Origin: Anaerolineae bacterium
Lineage (GTDB): Bacteria > Chloroflexota > Anaerolineae > B4-G1
Reading direction: 5' to 3'
DNA: 64,000 nucleotides
Assembly: GCA_034430835.1 (NCBI GenBank)
Contig: DAOUDX010000220.1
Span: 344 to 64,343, forward strand
Shown: piece by piece, positions 33,611 to 42,813 of the stretch
Position numbering within the stretch: the stretch's first letter is position 1
Layout: each line of letters begins with the position of its first letter
Position numbers and translations under genes: made by a program
The notes under the pieces: model-generated
The model's database searches: none
Seen by the model: only the letters and a program-made list of their open reading frames with translations
Told to the model about the DNA's origin: nothing

Positions 33611-34165
33611 ATGAAGGTTCAGATCAACAACGCGACGTTGGAGCTGGTCGAAGGCGACATCACGGCCATGGACACCGAGGCCATCGTCAACGCCGCCAAC
33701 GAGCGGCTGGCTCACGGCGGCGGCGTGGCTGGCGTCATCTCCCGCAGGGGCGGCCCGGCCATCCAGCGCGAGAGCGACGCCTGGGTGCGCCAGCATGGCC
33801 GGGTGGAGACCGGCTCGGCGGCCATCACCTCTGGCGGCAGCCTCAAGGCCCGTCGCGAACCTCCGGTTCGCGTGATCCACGCCGTCGGCCCCATCTACGA
33901 TGGCACGGACCGCTCGGCGGAGCTGCTGGCCTCGGCGGTGCGCGCCGCGCTCCAGATGGCCGACGATCACGGCCTCAAGTCGGTGGCCCTGCCCGCCATC
34001 AGCACCGGCATCTTTGGCTATCCGATGGCGGAGGCGGCGCAGGTGATGCTGGCAGCGGCCATCGCATACCTCGAAGGGGAGACGGAATTGGAGCGTGTCG
34101 TCTTCTGCCTCTACGGCCGGTCGGCGTTCGATGTCTTCGCAGCGGCGCTGGCGGCGCAGACGTAG
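33611..34165 (+). CDS. macro domain protein (O-acetyl-ADP-ribose deacetylase / YmdB-like)
   Basis: ORF track 33485-34165. ATG at 33611 (MKVQINNATLELVEGDITAMDTEAIVNAANERLAHGGGVAGVI...) sits 8 nt after AAGGGG. Also ...AITSGG... and ...SVALPAISTGIFGYP..., classic macro-domain motifs. Confidence 0.85.
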   Translation: MKVQINNATLELVEGDITAMDTEAIVNAANERLAHGGGVAGVISRRGGPAIQRESDAWVRQHGRVETGSAAITSGGSLKARREPPVRVIHAVGPIYDGTDRSAELLASAVRAALQMADDHGLKSVALPAISTGIFGYPMAEAAQVMLAAAIAYLEGETELERVVFCLYGRSAFDVFAAALAAQT

Positions 34166-35454
34166 GGCACGATTACCTGCCGCTGCGCCTGCAGCAGTTC
34201 CAGCGCTGCCTCCAACTGCGGATCGTCCTCGGTGGTGAACTCGTCCCAGTCGAGGGAGATCTCCACGTCGGGGACGATACCCGTTTCCTCCCAGTCCGTC
34301 CCGCTGGGCGGGACGAACGTTTCCTGCGCGATCCACGCCTGCGATCCGTCCTCAAAGTTGTAGCCGTGCAGCGTTTCCACGTTGCCGTCGGTGGTGCGGC
34401 CCACGATGTGCGCCCGCCCGGCCTCCTGTAGCACGCCGCTGAACACCTCGGCGAAGCTGGCGGTCTGCCGTCCAACCAGGATCACGAGCGGCACGCTCTG
34501 CGATCCGCCGACGTCCCTTCCCTGGATACGCAGCGGCTGGCTGCCCTTGCGGCTGACGAAGCGGCCCAACTCGCCATCGGCGAAAAACGCGAGCAATCCC
34601 CTCAAGACGGTGCCGGTGCCGCCGCCGTTGGTGCGCATGTCGAGAATCAGTCCGCGCAAATCCCCTTCTGCGCTCAGTTCCTCCAACGCCTGGCGCATTT
34701 CCTCGATCAGCGCCGTGTTCCACAGGTCAGGGATCAGGATGTAGCCGATATCTCCTTCCAGCCGCCGCACCTCGAGGGGGAAATACCCTTGGATGCGCGC
34801 CCGGGTCGCCGTCACCGTGCGCGGCGGCTCGCCCAGCGCCTGCACGCGCAGCGTGACGGTGCTGCCTTCCGGGCCGCGCATGCGCTGGAGGGTGTCAAAG
34901 CCTCTCTCGTCGCAGCAGACTGGCTCGCCGTCTACATCCAGGATGCGCTCGTGGGCGCGCAGGCCTGCGCGGTCGGCAGGACCGTCGGGCAGCACCTGCA
35001 GGATGACGGCGTATCCCTTTTCCGGAAGCGGGAAGGCGCCGAGGCCAAGACCCCCGTAGTCGAGTTCGCCTGCCTCCATTTTCTCTTGCTCGGCGACCTC
35101 GGCAGGGGAAAGGAAGTAGGAGTGGTCGTCGTTCAGCTCGAGGAGCATCTCGTGCATCAGGAGCCAGAACTCTTCGTCGCTCAGACCGGCCTCGATGCGG
35201 GCGCGATACGTCTCACCGATGGCCTCCCAATCGGCGCCGTTGGTATCGGGATACAGGTAGTCGTCACGGACGATGGTCCACAGCTCAGTGAAGACGCGCA
35301 GGTGGCGGGCGGTTGGCGTTTCGAAGACGTGGATGGGGTGCGTCGCCATCCACCAGCCCAGGCCTCCGGCGGTGCACAGGCAGACCGACAGGCAGGCGAT
35401 GGCGAGGACGGCGACGAGGCTATAGATGAGAATGGAGCGGCGTTTGGCGTTCAT
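34111..35454 (-). CDS. S41-family C-terminal processing peptidase with PDZ domain
   Basis: 447-aa ORF with an N-terminal TM anchor. PDZ-like GYAVILQVLPDGPADRAGLRAHERILDVDGEPV. S41 core LILDMRTNGGGTG... and ...VILVGRQTASFAEVFSG... The last ~18 codons overlap the converging macro gene. Confidence 0.85.
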   Translation of the reverse strand: MNAKRRSILIYSLVAVLAIACLSVCLCTAGGLGWWMATHPIHVFETPTARHLRVFTELWTIVRDDYLYPDTNGADWEAIGETYRARIEAGLSDEEFWLLMHEMLLELNDDHSYFLSPAEVAEQEKMEAGELDYGGLGLGAFPLPEKGYAVILQVLPDGPADRAGLRAHERILDVDGEPVCCDERGFDTLQRMRGPEGSTVTLRVQALGEPPRTVTATRARIQGYFPLEVRRLEGDIGYILIPDLWNTALIEEMRQALEELSAEGDLRGLILDMRTNGGGTGTVLRGLLAFFADGELGRFVSRKGSQPLRIQGRDVGGSQSVPLVILVGRQTASFAEVFSGVLQEAGRAHIVGRTTDGNVETLHGYNFEDGSQAWIAQETFVPPSGTDWEETGIVPDVEISLDWDEFTTEDDPQLEAALELLQAQRQVIVPYVCAASAAAKTSNADRP

Positions 35455-35474
35455 CGGGTGTTGGAGGTTGGAGA

Positions 35475-35840
35475 TCAGGCGGGTTCGCCGCGCTCCCGCC
35501 AGTGGGCGACGATCCGGTTGATGCGGATGCGCTGGGCGCGTAGCCAGCGGCGGGGGCCCAAGATGCGGCGGCCCATCTCCGGCGGCGCGTCGGGCAGGCG
35601 GGTGAGCGTGCGCTCCGCCACCAGTCGGTCGAAAAAGGCGAGGAAGCGCCGCTCCAGCTCCTCGTCGGCGTACTCCTCCCCGCGCTCGTAAGTCTCCCGC
35701 GCCAGTTGCTCGATGAAGGCGGAAGTGTGTTGGATGAGCGTCTCCACCGGCTCCAGCACGATCCCCCAGGCGTACACCGGGTCGAGCGGCATGGAGCCGA
35801 ATTCCATAGGATTGGAGGAGCTGGGAGTCTCTTTGCCCAT
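35475..35840 (-). CDS. hypothetical protein (about 121 aa, acidic/helical)
   Basis: ORF track 35475-35906. ATG at 35840 is preceded by AAGGAG. Codon usage resembles the neighbours. I recognise no family. Confidence 0.5.
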   Translation of the reverse strand: MGKETPSSSNPMEFGSMPLDPVYAWGIVLEPVETLIQHTSAFIEQLARETYERGEEYADEELERRFLAFFDRLVAERTLTRLPDAPPEMGRRILGPRRWLRAQRIRINRIVAHWRERGEPA

Positions 35841-35972
35841 GTTCTCTCCTTGGGATTGCCTGACATTATACACCATTTGGCCGATTGCTGTAGCCCGGAA
35901 ATGCATCGCGCCGCCCCGAAGCGGCGGCGCTGGAGGATCTATTTGTCTGTTGGACCCCTTCCACTCGTTGGG

Positions 35973-37691
35973 CTACCACCCGCCTGCCCTGAATACATCG
36001 GTCAGGAACGCCTCCCGCTCCAGGGGCGTCATCGGGCGAGGGCGAGCAAAGTCCTCCAGCATCGCCGTGAACACCTCGGTGCTGATATGCCGCCCGTCGT
36101 AAAAGACGTGCCGATCCATAAACTCCCGGCGGTATTCGATCCACTGCATCTGGTCGAAGAACAGATTGCCCAGGCCGTAATGGATAAAGGTCCCGTTGTA
36201 GAACTCAAAGGTCTGCGGGTGGTGAGCCTGGCTGCCGCTGACGATGACCGCGCCCGCATCGACCAGCGCGCGAAAGTCGGCGGTTTGCTGGAAAGTGGGC
36301 TCGAACTGGTCGTATTCCTGGTACTGGAGGGTGACGATGGGGATGATGCCTTGCTCGCGCAGTTGGCGAATTCTCGGCCCGAGTTGCTCGGCGAGCGCGC
36401 CGAAGTTGCAGGGGGCCGAGCCAGCGCGGCTCTCGGTCGCCCAATCGGATGGCGGCCCCGCCGGGTTGCAACCGATGAAGCCGAAGGTGTGCACGCCGTG
36501 GGTGATGATCAAGGGCTGCTGCGCCTGCACCACGTTCCAGCCACCACCGTAGTAGGGGATGGAGCGCTCGTCGTACATCGAAAGTGAAAGCTCCATCGCC
36601 CCCACGCCCCAGTCGAGCAGGTGGTTGCCCGTCAGCTCTATCACGTCGATGTCCAGGTCTTCGAACAACTCGATGTAGTTTGGCCGGGCGCAGAACACGA
36701 CCGAATCCCTGCACGATTGCTGGCAATTCTCTGCAAAAGAGACCTCGTTGCTGATGTGGGTGATGTCTGGCTCGACCAGCCAGGGGCGGATGTCCTGGGC
36801 GGGGTAGAGCACGCCATTGCGATCCATCCTGTCGGCGGTGCACCGGCCCAGCGCCGTCACGCCCGTCATCATCAGCACCGTCATCTTTTCCGGGTCGCGG
36901 TTTGAGAGAGGGCCTCCCAGGAACTCCTGGAGCTTGGCGATGCCATGCTCCTTGCCGGTCGCGCCAGCGCGCACGATCAGCGGGTAGGCGTCCGTATCCA
37001 GGCCTTTGTCGAGCACCGAAACCCCGTCCACCCGCAGCACCTTCCAGCGCGGCTCCAGCCGATCGAAGGGGACGATGGCCCAGGCTTCGCCGTGAGCGCT
37101 CAGCCGAACGGCTGGGCGGGTGTCCCAGGCGCGCTGGACGATCTCCTCGGCAGCGACGATCTCGACCGCGCCGGGGGCGGGCTCGCCCATTACGATGGCC
37201 AATGTCCTGGCCGTGTCTTCGGAAATCAGCAACGGCAGCCCGGCGAAGGGGCCGGCAGGTGTGCCGTGCCAACTGGCTTCCACGTCGGCCCAGGCCACCT
37301 CGTCGGTGACGGTGGGAAAGGGAACCACGACGGCGTAGACCCAGCGATCGACCAGGGGAGTGCCGTAATCGGCGCCAAATTCGATGCGCACGTCGGCGGC
37401 CGCAGCGTCCCCGGTTGGGACGAACAGGTCGGGGTGTTCAGCCAGTGCGGTGTTGAGAGCATCGGCGACGGGCGCGGGCAGTCCCTCGGGCACGTAGACG
37501 GTCAGCGGCCAGGCGGGCGTGGGGGTGGGCGTCGGCGTGCGGGTCGGAGTGGGGCGCGGTGTGCGAGTCGGGGTGGGGGTGATGGCGGGAGCGACCACCT
37601 CGCTGCACGCGGCGAACAGGGCCGCGATCAGGCTCAGGCCGACGAACAGAAGCAGCCACATGGCGCGGCGGGAGGGAGTGGAGGGCATCAT
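35973..37691 (-). CDS. CapA-family (PGA_cap, metallophosphatase-like) lipoprotein with Pro/Thr-rich linker
   Basis: 572-aa ORF. Signal/lipobox LIAALFAAC. Linker TPTPTRTPRPTPTRTPTPTPTP. C-terminal half ...VLMMTGVTALGR...ITHISNEVSF...IELTGNHLLDWG...FGFIGCN...IVSGSQAHHPQTFEFYNGTFIHYGLGNLFFDQ fits CapA-like proteins. Confidence 0.8.
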   Translation of the reverse strand: MMPSTPSRRAMWLLLFVGLSLIAALFAACSEVVAPAITPTPTRTPRPTPTRTPTPTPTPAWPLTVYVPEGLPAPVADALNTALAEHPDLFVPTGDAAAADVRIEFGADYGTPLVDRWVYAVVVPFPTVTDEVAWADVEASWHGTPAGPFAGLPLLISEDTARTLAIVMGEPAPGAVEIVAAEEIVQRAWDTRPAVRLSAHGEAWAIVPFDRLEPRWKVLRVDGVSVLDKGLDTDAYPLIVRAGATGKEHGIAKLQEFLGGPLSNRDPEKMTVLMMTGVTALGRCTADRMDRNGVLYPAQDIRPWLVEPDITHISNEVSFAENCQQSCRDSVVFCARPNYIELFEDLDIDVIELTGNHLLDWGVGAMELSLSMYDERSIPYYGGGWNVVQAQQPLIITHGVHTFGFIGCNPAGPPSDWATESRAGSAPCNFGALAEQLGPRIRQLREQGIIPIVTLQYQEYDQFEPTFQQTADFRALVDAGAVIVSGSQAHHPQTFEFYNGTFIHYGLGNLFFDQMQWIEYRREFMDRHVFYDGRHISTEVFTAMLEDFARPRPMTPLEREAFLTDVFRAGGW

Positions 37692-37703
37692 TGGCGATCC
37701 ACG

Positions 37704-38900
37704 TCAGAAGGGCGGGGTAAAATGTACCCAGACCCAGGTGTTGGGCATTCCATCGTTTACGTAGAGGCTGGCCGCGTCTTCGGAGATGGGCGGGTTAGCC
37801 CAGAAGAAGAGCCACTTGGAGTCGCGGGGCGTCAGGTTGACACAGCCGTGGCTCTGCGTGAAGCCGAAATTGTCGTGCCAGAAAGCTGCGTGGAGCGCAT
37901 ACGCCTGGTGAAAGTACATCGTCCAGGGCACGTCTTCGATGTAGTAGTAGGCAGGGCTGCCGTCGGGCACACTCGGGTTGCTCATCTTGCCCTCGCGTAT
38001 CTTGGCCCACAGCCTATATAGGCCGGGGGGAGTGGCGGTGCCCGTCCGACCACTGGAGATGAGCGAGGCATACACCATTCGCTCTCCCTCGTAGGCGGCG
38101 ATGGTCTGCTCGAAAACGTCCACCTCGATCCACTTGGCTCCCACGGGAACTCCCTCGGGCGGCGGGTCTACGTCCACGCGGCCCACGGTCGATTGCTCTA
38201 TCCACTGGTTCTCGCCGACGAGGTACCAGAGCTCGTCCCCACGTCGCTCCTCGGCGAAGATAGTGATCAGTTGATACTTGTTCAATGGCTCTACGGCGGT
38301 GTTGTATGTCCCTTGCGGCATCATGGAGGGCCGTACCCAGCGGTTGGTCCAGCCGAAGGGGAGCTGTGGTTGCTCGTTGAGATAGACTCCCTGGAACCGG
38401 GAAGGGGCGGCCAGCGCCACGGCATCGGCGGAAATGAACTCGTCTTTGTTGATCTGGTACCACAGCTGTCCTTCATACTCGACCTTGCCGTCGATGCTGA
38501 CCCACCAGTCGCCGGAAAGCATCGTCCGCACCGGCGGCAGTCCCATCTTGGCCTCCATCGGGTGGCGATAGACGTTGAGCGGCGGATTCCTGATGAGGGC
38601 GTAGGTGTGGGGTACGAGCTCGTCCTCTTCGTCGTGCTCTATCTCGGTCACCGGGAGTGCGGGCAGCGGGTCAGGCAGGCGGATGGAGGAGATGCGGTAG
38701 GCCGTCGCGCCGGGGCCATACGCGGGGCATAGCTCCGGGTTGCGCCACATCAGGCTGGGCACGCAGACGTAGCGAGTGCGGGCGGGGTGCGCCTCGGTCG
38801 CCAAGTCCCGTGGGGCAGCCGCCGCAGAGGACTCTGCCTTCACGGCCAGCGAAACGAACAGTCCCAGTATAGACAGAACGATGAATGGGTAGCGACGCAT
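37704..38900 (-). CDS. L,D-transpeptidase (YkuD domain) with N-terminal signal peptide
   Basis: ORF track 37704-38999. ATG at 38900 gives MRRYPFIVLSILGLFVSLAVKA. Catalytic region ...YYIEDVPWTMYFHQAYALHAAFWHDNFGFTQSHGCVNLTPRDSKWLF carries the SHGC motif. Confidence 0.85.
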   Translation of the reverse strand: MRRYPFIVLSILGLFVSLAVKAESSAAAAPRDLATEAHPARTRYVCVPSLMWRNPELCPAYGPGATAYRISSIRLPDPLPALPVTEIEHDEEDELVPHTYALIRNPPLNVYRHPMEAKMGLPPVRTMLSGDWWVSIDGKVEYEGQLWYQINKDEFISADAVALAAPSRFQGVYLNEQPQLPFGWTNRWVRPSMMPQGTYNTAVEPLNKYQLITIFAEERRGDELWYLVGENQWIEQSTVGRVDVDPPPEGVPVGAKWIEVDVFEQTIAAYEGERMVYASLISSGRTGTATPPGLYRLWAKIREGKMSNPSVPDGSPAYYYIEDVPWTMYFHQAYALHAAFWHDNFGFTQSHGCVNLTPRDSKWLFFWANPPISEDAASLYVNDGMPNTWVWVHFTPPF

Positions 38901-39039
38901 TGCTTTTCCAGTGGATTGTATTCTAGCACAGCTTGGGGATGGCGTCCAGAGTTTGCCCCGTGCCATCCAGCATCGATGATTCTTGTGATAGTATACCACG
39001 CCATCATAATAAGGTCAACGGCTTTCTTCTAAATTCCAT

Positions 39040-40059
39040 TCAGAGGCGTATCAACCCTCCAGGCTGGCAGGTGCGGCAGAAGTTGGTCAGCCGGTTGCCG
39101 GCCTTGATCTCGGAGATGGCGGTGCCACAGATGGGACATGGCTGGCCGCCCTTGCCGTGCACGGCCAGAAAGTCGCGCACTTCACGGTGGATATCGGTGC
39201 CAATGCACTCGCGCAGTGTGTCGATGGCGTTGCGCAGCACCGATTGCATCGCCTCGTACAGGCGGGCGGCCTCTTCGTCTGTGAGCGATGTGCGCTTGCA
39301 GTAGGGGTGTATCCGCGCGGCGAAACAGACCTCGTCGGCGTAGGCGTTGCCGATGCCGGCCACCGCCCGGCCGCGGGTGAGGACGCCCTTGATCTCTCCC
39401 CGATGTGGCTTCAGCCGCTCCCGGAATCCCTCTAGCGTCAGATCAAAGGGCTCCGGTCCCATCTCGCTCCACCCCGGGATGGCCGCGAGGTCGGCGGTGA
39501 GGTAGATTTGCCCCATGGTTCGCTGGTCGCTGTAGCGCAACTCGTGGCCGTCGGAGAGGCACAGTACGACGTGGGTCTTGTTCAGTCGGCGCTCTGTGGG
39601 GAGAGCGTACTGGAGACGCCCGGCCAGATTGCAGTTGATCGCCAGGGTCAATTCGGACTCTAGCAGCCTGTCGGAGAGAAATTTGTCGTTCCATTTCGGC
39701 CCATTTTTGAGGTCCAGATGGCGCTTCGTGTCCTAGTTTTAGCCAAATACGGGTCCGAGAGCGGCATTTCTGCGAAAAAATCACTCCCTCCGATGGGTTG
39801 CCGGCCAAATAACAAGTCGAAGCGAGGCGTTTTTGCAGAAAAACTTTTCTCTCCGACAGCCTGCTAGGGGAAGAAGCAGTATCTTGCCGCGCCGCTGCGG
39901 GCCGGCAAAGGTCTGGCCAACGAGCGCTTCGGCAAACCCTTGGCCTGTCAGGTCGCGCACCACCAGCGGGCGCAGGACTTCGACACTGGTGATGGCCTGT
40001 CCGGCCAGCCGGAGAGCCAGCACTTCCCGGACGATTTCGAGGTCGGGGAGTTCAGGCAT
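39040..40059 (-). pseudogene. mutM: formamidopyrimidine-DNA glycosylase (Fpg/MutM family) interrupted by a 200-bp insertion
   Basis: ORF 39781-40059 encodes MPELPDLEIVREVL...RRGKILLLPL, the Fpg N-terminus with catalytic Pro2/Glu3. ORF 39040-39651 encodes ...LAINCNLAGRLQY...GIGNAYADEVCFAARIHP...CPICGTAISEIKAGNRLTNFCRTCQ, the H2TH and zinc finger. Removing 39664-39867 joins them in frame (...LLLPLESELTLAINC...) to give 271 aa. Confidence 0.9.
39660..39867. mobile_element. MITE-like non-autonomous element (200 bp) with 18-bp terminal inverted repeats and 4-bp CTAG target-site duplication
   Basis: CTAG (39660-39663) | CAGCCTGTCGGAGAGAAA (39664-39681) ... TTTCTCTCCGACAGCCTG (39846-39863) | CTAG (39864-39867). 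The TIRs match at 17 of 18 positions. The interior is AT-richer than the host gene and has no credible ORF. Confidence 0.85.
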
Positions 40060-41338
40060 CGTTCAGCCCCTGTTTGTCCATCTTCCGTTTCAGCCGCTCC
40101 AGCCGGTGATGCAATTCAGCCAACGCATCGTCACGGCGTGTCCCGGCGGGCCAGTGCTCGACCAGGGTCAACGCTGCCTGCGTCCAACCGGCTGCCAGCG
40201 GGAAGTTCTCCACGTGCCACTCAAAGTGCTTGGCCAGCTCGACGTGAGCCAGCACGTCACCGGTCGCCTCCAGGGCCAGTTGCTGCCAACAGGCGAATGC
40301 CTCGGACCGGCGATCAGCCCGCTTGAGGAGGTAGCCCAAGTCGCGCAATACCTTCGCGCGCAGGTCGGGGGAGAGGTCGCCTCGCCTCAGCGCGGCCCGG
40401 TAGGACCGCTCCGTCTCGGCCAGCCGATCCTCGGCGGCGTACCAGCGCCCCAGGCCGTAGAGTTCCGCACCGCTCAGTACGGCGTCGGTCCAGGGATCGG
40501 CGAAGGTGCGGCACAACCGGGCGGCCAGCGTGACCAGGCTGAGGATGTCCACCGCGTTGTGGTAGAGCACGCGCTGCATCTCGCGGGCATCGCCTGTGCG
40601 CAGGTAGTCACGGTAGAGGGTGGGGATGACGCCGCTGGGCACATCGGCCTGCTCGCGCAGCACACCCAGCACCGCTCGTTCGAGCGAACCCAGCGCGCAC
40701 GAGGACAGATGGTGGCGCCACAGCCGCCGCGCGGGGAACAGCAGGTCGAGGTGGGGCAGGTTGGCCGTCGGCGGCGGGATGCGGGCCAGGATGAAACGGT
40801 TTTCGAGGATCGGCACGTCAAAAGCGCGGCCATTGAACGAGGCCAGGGCTTCGAAATCTGCCAGGCGATCTGCCAGTCCCTCGATCATCGCAGGCTCGTC
40901 GCCAGGGTCGCGCAGGAAGTACTGGCTTATCCGGAAGCCGTCATCGACAAAGAACCCCAGACCGACGACGAAGGCCATCGTGCCGGCGCCGCCGGAAAGG
41001 CCGGTCGTCTCGGTGTCGAGGAAACAGACTCGCCGCGGATCGATGCCGGACAGGGCGTCGTCCTGCGCGACCTGTGCTATGCCGTTGGCGGAAAGGCCGA
41101 GGAATGAGGAGAGCGGCAAGTCGCCATGCGGGTGGTCAAGCGGGTAGGTCGCCTCGCCGACAAAGCACTGCCCATGGGAGGTCGTGTGGAAGCGGCCTGG
41201 CACCAGGTCCTCGATGGCGACGCGGCGACGCGGGGGAAGCGTTGCCAACTCGCGCACGCCTCGCACCACCCCCATCTCGCGCAGCCGCCGTCGCAGATCG
41301 TCGTGCATCGTTATGGCGTCTGTTTCCTCAATGCTCAT
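40052..41338 (-). CDS. DEDDh (DnaQ/RNase H-like fold) exonuclease with C-terminal TPR region, YprB/MrfB-like
   Basis: ORF track 40052-41401; ATG at 41338 (MSIEETD...). Exo motifs FLDTETTGL, FNGRAFDVPIL and YHNAVDILSL. The C-terminus is helical and TPR-like (...YGLGRWYAAEDRLAETERSYRAAL...). Overlaps the mutM start by 8 nt. Confidence 0.75.
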   Translation of the reverse strand: MSIEETDAITMHDDLRRRLREMGVVRGVRELATLPPRRRVAIEDLVPGRFHTTSHGQCFVGEATYPLDHPHGDLPLSSFLGLSANGIAQVAQDDALSGIDPRRVCFLDTETTGLSGGAGTMAFVVGLGFFVDDGFRISQYFLRDPGDEPAMIEGLADRLADFEALASFNGRAFDVPILENRFILARIPPPTANLPHLDLLFPARRLWRHHLSSCALGSLERAVLGVLREQADVPSGVIPTLYRDYLRTGDAREMQRVLYHNAVDILSLVTLAARLCRTFADPWTDAVLSGAELYGLGRWYAAEDRLAETERSYRAALRRGDLSPDLRAKVLRDLGYLLKRADRRSEAFACWQQLALEATGDVLAHVELAKHFEWHVENFPLAAGWTQAALTLVEHWPAGTRRDDALAELHHRLERLKRKMDKQGLNDA

Positions 41339-41509
41339 GATGCCGGGCGTCCTCTCGGCGACGGGTAGTGACTGCTCACCCTCTCGCAGGTGTGAATGCA
41401 ATTCCGCCGTAGAGAGCGCGCTTCGCCGTCCAATCTGATTCGCGTGCAGCCAATGTTTAGCCTGCGGGAGAGTGGCCTGATTGCACCGGTAAGCGTTGCC
41501 GTGGGATCA

Positions 41510-42142
41510 TCAGGGTGCTGGCGTCGGGCACCACGGCGCTTCTACCCAGATATCGCGGTTCGCATGTTGCCCGTCGGCAGACCATACATCCGCCCTGACC
41601 GAAGCACCCTTGCAAGCTGCGTAGCGAAAGTAGTGCAGATTCTCGGCTTGCGGCTCCCGGTGTCCTATCGAGGAGGTGTACGGCGGCAATCCACCACGGA
41701 AGGTAATGCGCAAGTGGCCTTCCCATTCCTTGGATGGCAATGGCTGCCAGTCCACGATCTCGTAGCCCCGATCCACGATCACCAACGGCTCGACCGAGGG
41801 CATCTCGGTGGGCGTCGCAGTGGGTTCGGGTGCTATCGTGGGTGCTGGTGGAGGTGTGTGCGTAGCCGTCGGCAAGGGCGTATCCGTGGGCGCTGGCGGA
41901 GGTGTGTCTGTGGCCGTCGGCGAGGGCGTATCCGTGAGTGTCGGTGGAGGCGTGTCCTCGGTCGTTGCCTCTGGCGTGTCAGTTGATGACGGCTGCCGCG
42001 TCTCTTGCGGTGACGGTGTGGTGGGAACGTAGGGTGTTGCGTCTGCAAGCGTTGCCCTTGGGATCGGTGGGCTACAGGCTAGGATGCTCGCCCCAAGTGC
42101 GGCGAGCGCGAGCAGTATGCAGGCAAGGTGTTTGTTGATCAT
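41510..42142 (-). CDS. lipoprotein with Pro/Thr-rich repeat linker and small Cys-containing C-terminal domain (paralog A)
   Basis: ORF track 41510-42181. ATG at 42142 gives MINKHLACILLALAALGASILAC (lipobox). The C-terminal ~95 aa (...RITFRGGLPPYTSS...YAACKG...WSADG...APWCP) are homologous to the neighbouring gene. Confidence 0.75.
   Translation of the reverse strand: MINKHLACILLALAALGASILACSPPIPRATLADATPYVPTTPSPQETRQPSSTDTPEATTEDTPPPTLTDTPSPTATDTPPPAPTDTPLPTATHTPPPAPTIAPEPTATPTEMPSVEPLVIVDRGYEIVDWQPLPSKEWEGHLRITFRGGLPPYTSSIGHREPQAENLHYFRYAACKGASVRADVWSADGQHANRDIWVEAPWCPTPAP
41841..41958 (-). repeat. 48-nt coding tandem repeat (about 2.5 copies) in the Pro/Thr linker
   Basis: Units 41841-41888 and 41889-41936 are near-identical, and 41937-41958 is a partial third. 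Encodes 16-aa units DTPPPxxTDTPxPTAT. Confidence 0.8.
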
Positions 42143-42194
42143 GATTCTCTTCTGGGAATTGATAAGGTTTCTGGCACACATAGGGCTGCTGCGA

Positions 42195-42776
42195 TCACGG
42201 GCACCAGGGCAGCACCTCGGGACCGAGCCAGTAATCGTGTGTCTTGGTGTCCCCGTCGGCCGACTCCACGGTGATGTTCTTGGCGATCCCGCCGCACCCG
42301 CTCCAGCGGAACGAGAAGTAGAACTGGCGCTCCATAGTTACGCCAACGACGTCGCCCTCGTGCTTGACGGTGAACGGTGGCGCACCGCCGACGATCTTGA
42401 TCGTGACCGTCAGCACGACACCGCCCTCTGCCGGTGCCCAGGCATGCACCCATCGCGGCACCTCGAAATCCAGCGGTCCCTCGCTGACAGGCTTGGTGGG
42501 GGCCTTTGTCGGCTCGGGTGTGTCGGTGGCAGACTCTGTCGGCGTAGCTGTCTCCGTCGGCGACTCCGGCGGTGCAGTTGGCTCCGATGACTCCTCTGTC
42601 GGAGCCGGCGGCGAGGTCGCGTCCTGCGGCGGCGAGGTGACGGGGATGTAGGGGGTTACGGTGTTCGGAGGGGGCGGCAGGGTGGACATCCTGGTAGACA
42701 CGTTGCAGGCCAGGGCGCTTGCCACCAGAACGGCAGCGGCCAGAATCAAGAGAGCACATCGTTTCTTGCTTGGCAT
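42195..42776 (-). CDS. lipoprotein with Pro/Thr-rich linker and small Cys-containing C-terminal domain (paralog B)
   Basis: 193-aa ORF. MPSKKRCALLILAAAVLVASALAC (lipobox). C-terminus ...TIKIVGGAPPFTVK...WSGCGG...VESADG...LPWCP aligns with paralog A. Confidence 0.75.
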   Translation of the reverse strand: MPSKKRCALLILAAAVLVASALACNVSTRMSTLPPPPNTVTPYIPVTSPPQDATSPPAPTEESSEPTAPPESPTETATPTESATDTPEPTKAPTKPVSEGPLDFEVPRWVHAWAPAEGGVVLTVTIKIVGGAPPFTVKHEGDVVGVTMERQFYFSFRWSGCGGIAKNITVESADGDTKTHDYWLGPEVLPWCP

Positions 42777-42813
42777 CTTGGCCTCCTTTTCGAATCTCGA
42801 AATGGTGAACCTG

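Noticed and set aside
34111-34165. 55-nt convergent overlap of the macro-domain gene and the S41 peptidase gene as a functional antisense arrangement
   Set aside because: The S41 tail (…VIVPYVCAASAAAKTSNADRP) is simply the antisense reading of the Ala-rich macro C-terminus, with a late stop. It is more likely incidental than regulatory.
37519-37600. Repetitive GGGGTGGG/CGTCGG DNA in the 5' part of the CapA-like gene as a non-coding repeat
   Set aside because: It encodes the Pro/Thr-rich lipoprotein linker (TPTPTRTPRPTPTRTPTPTPTP). It is low-complexity coding sequence, not an independent element.
39664-39863. Insert in fpg as an intein, group I/II intron or assembly chimera
   Set aside because: It is not translated in frame (stops are present). 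It is far too short for a group II intron. It has terminal inverted repeats plus a 4-bp direct duplication, and precise excision restores the frame. That is the signature of transposition.
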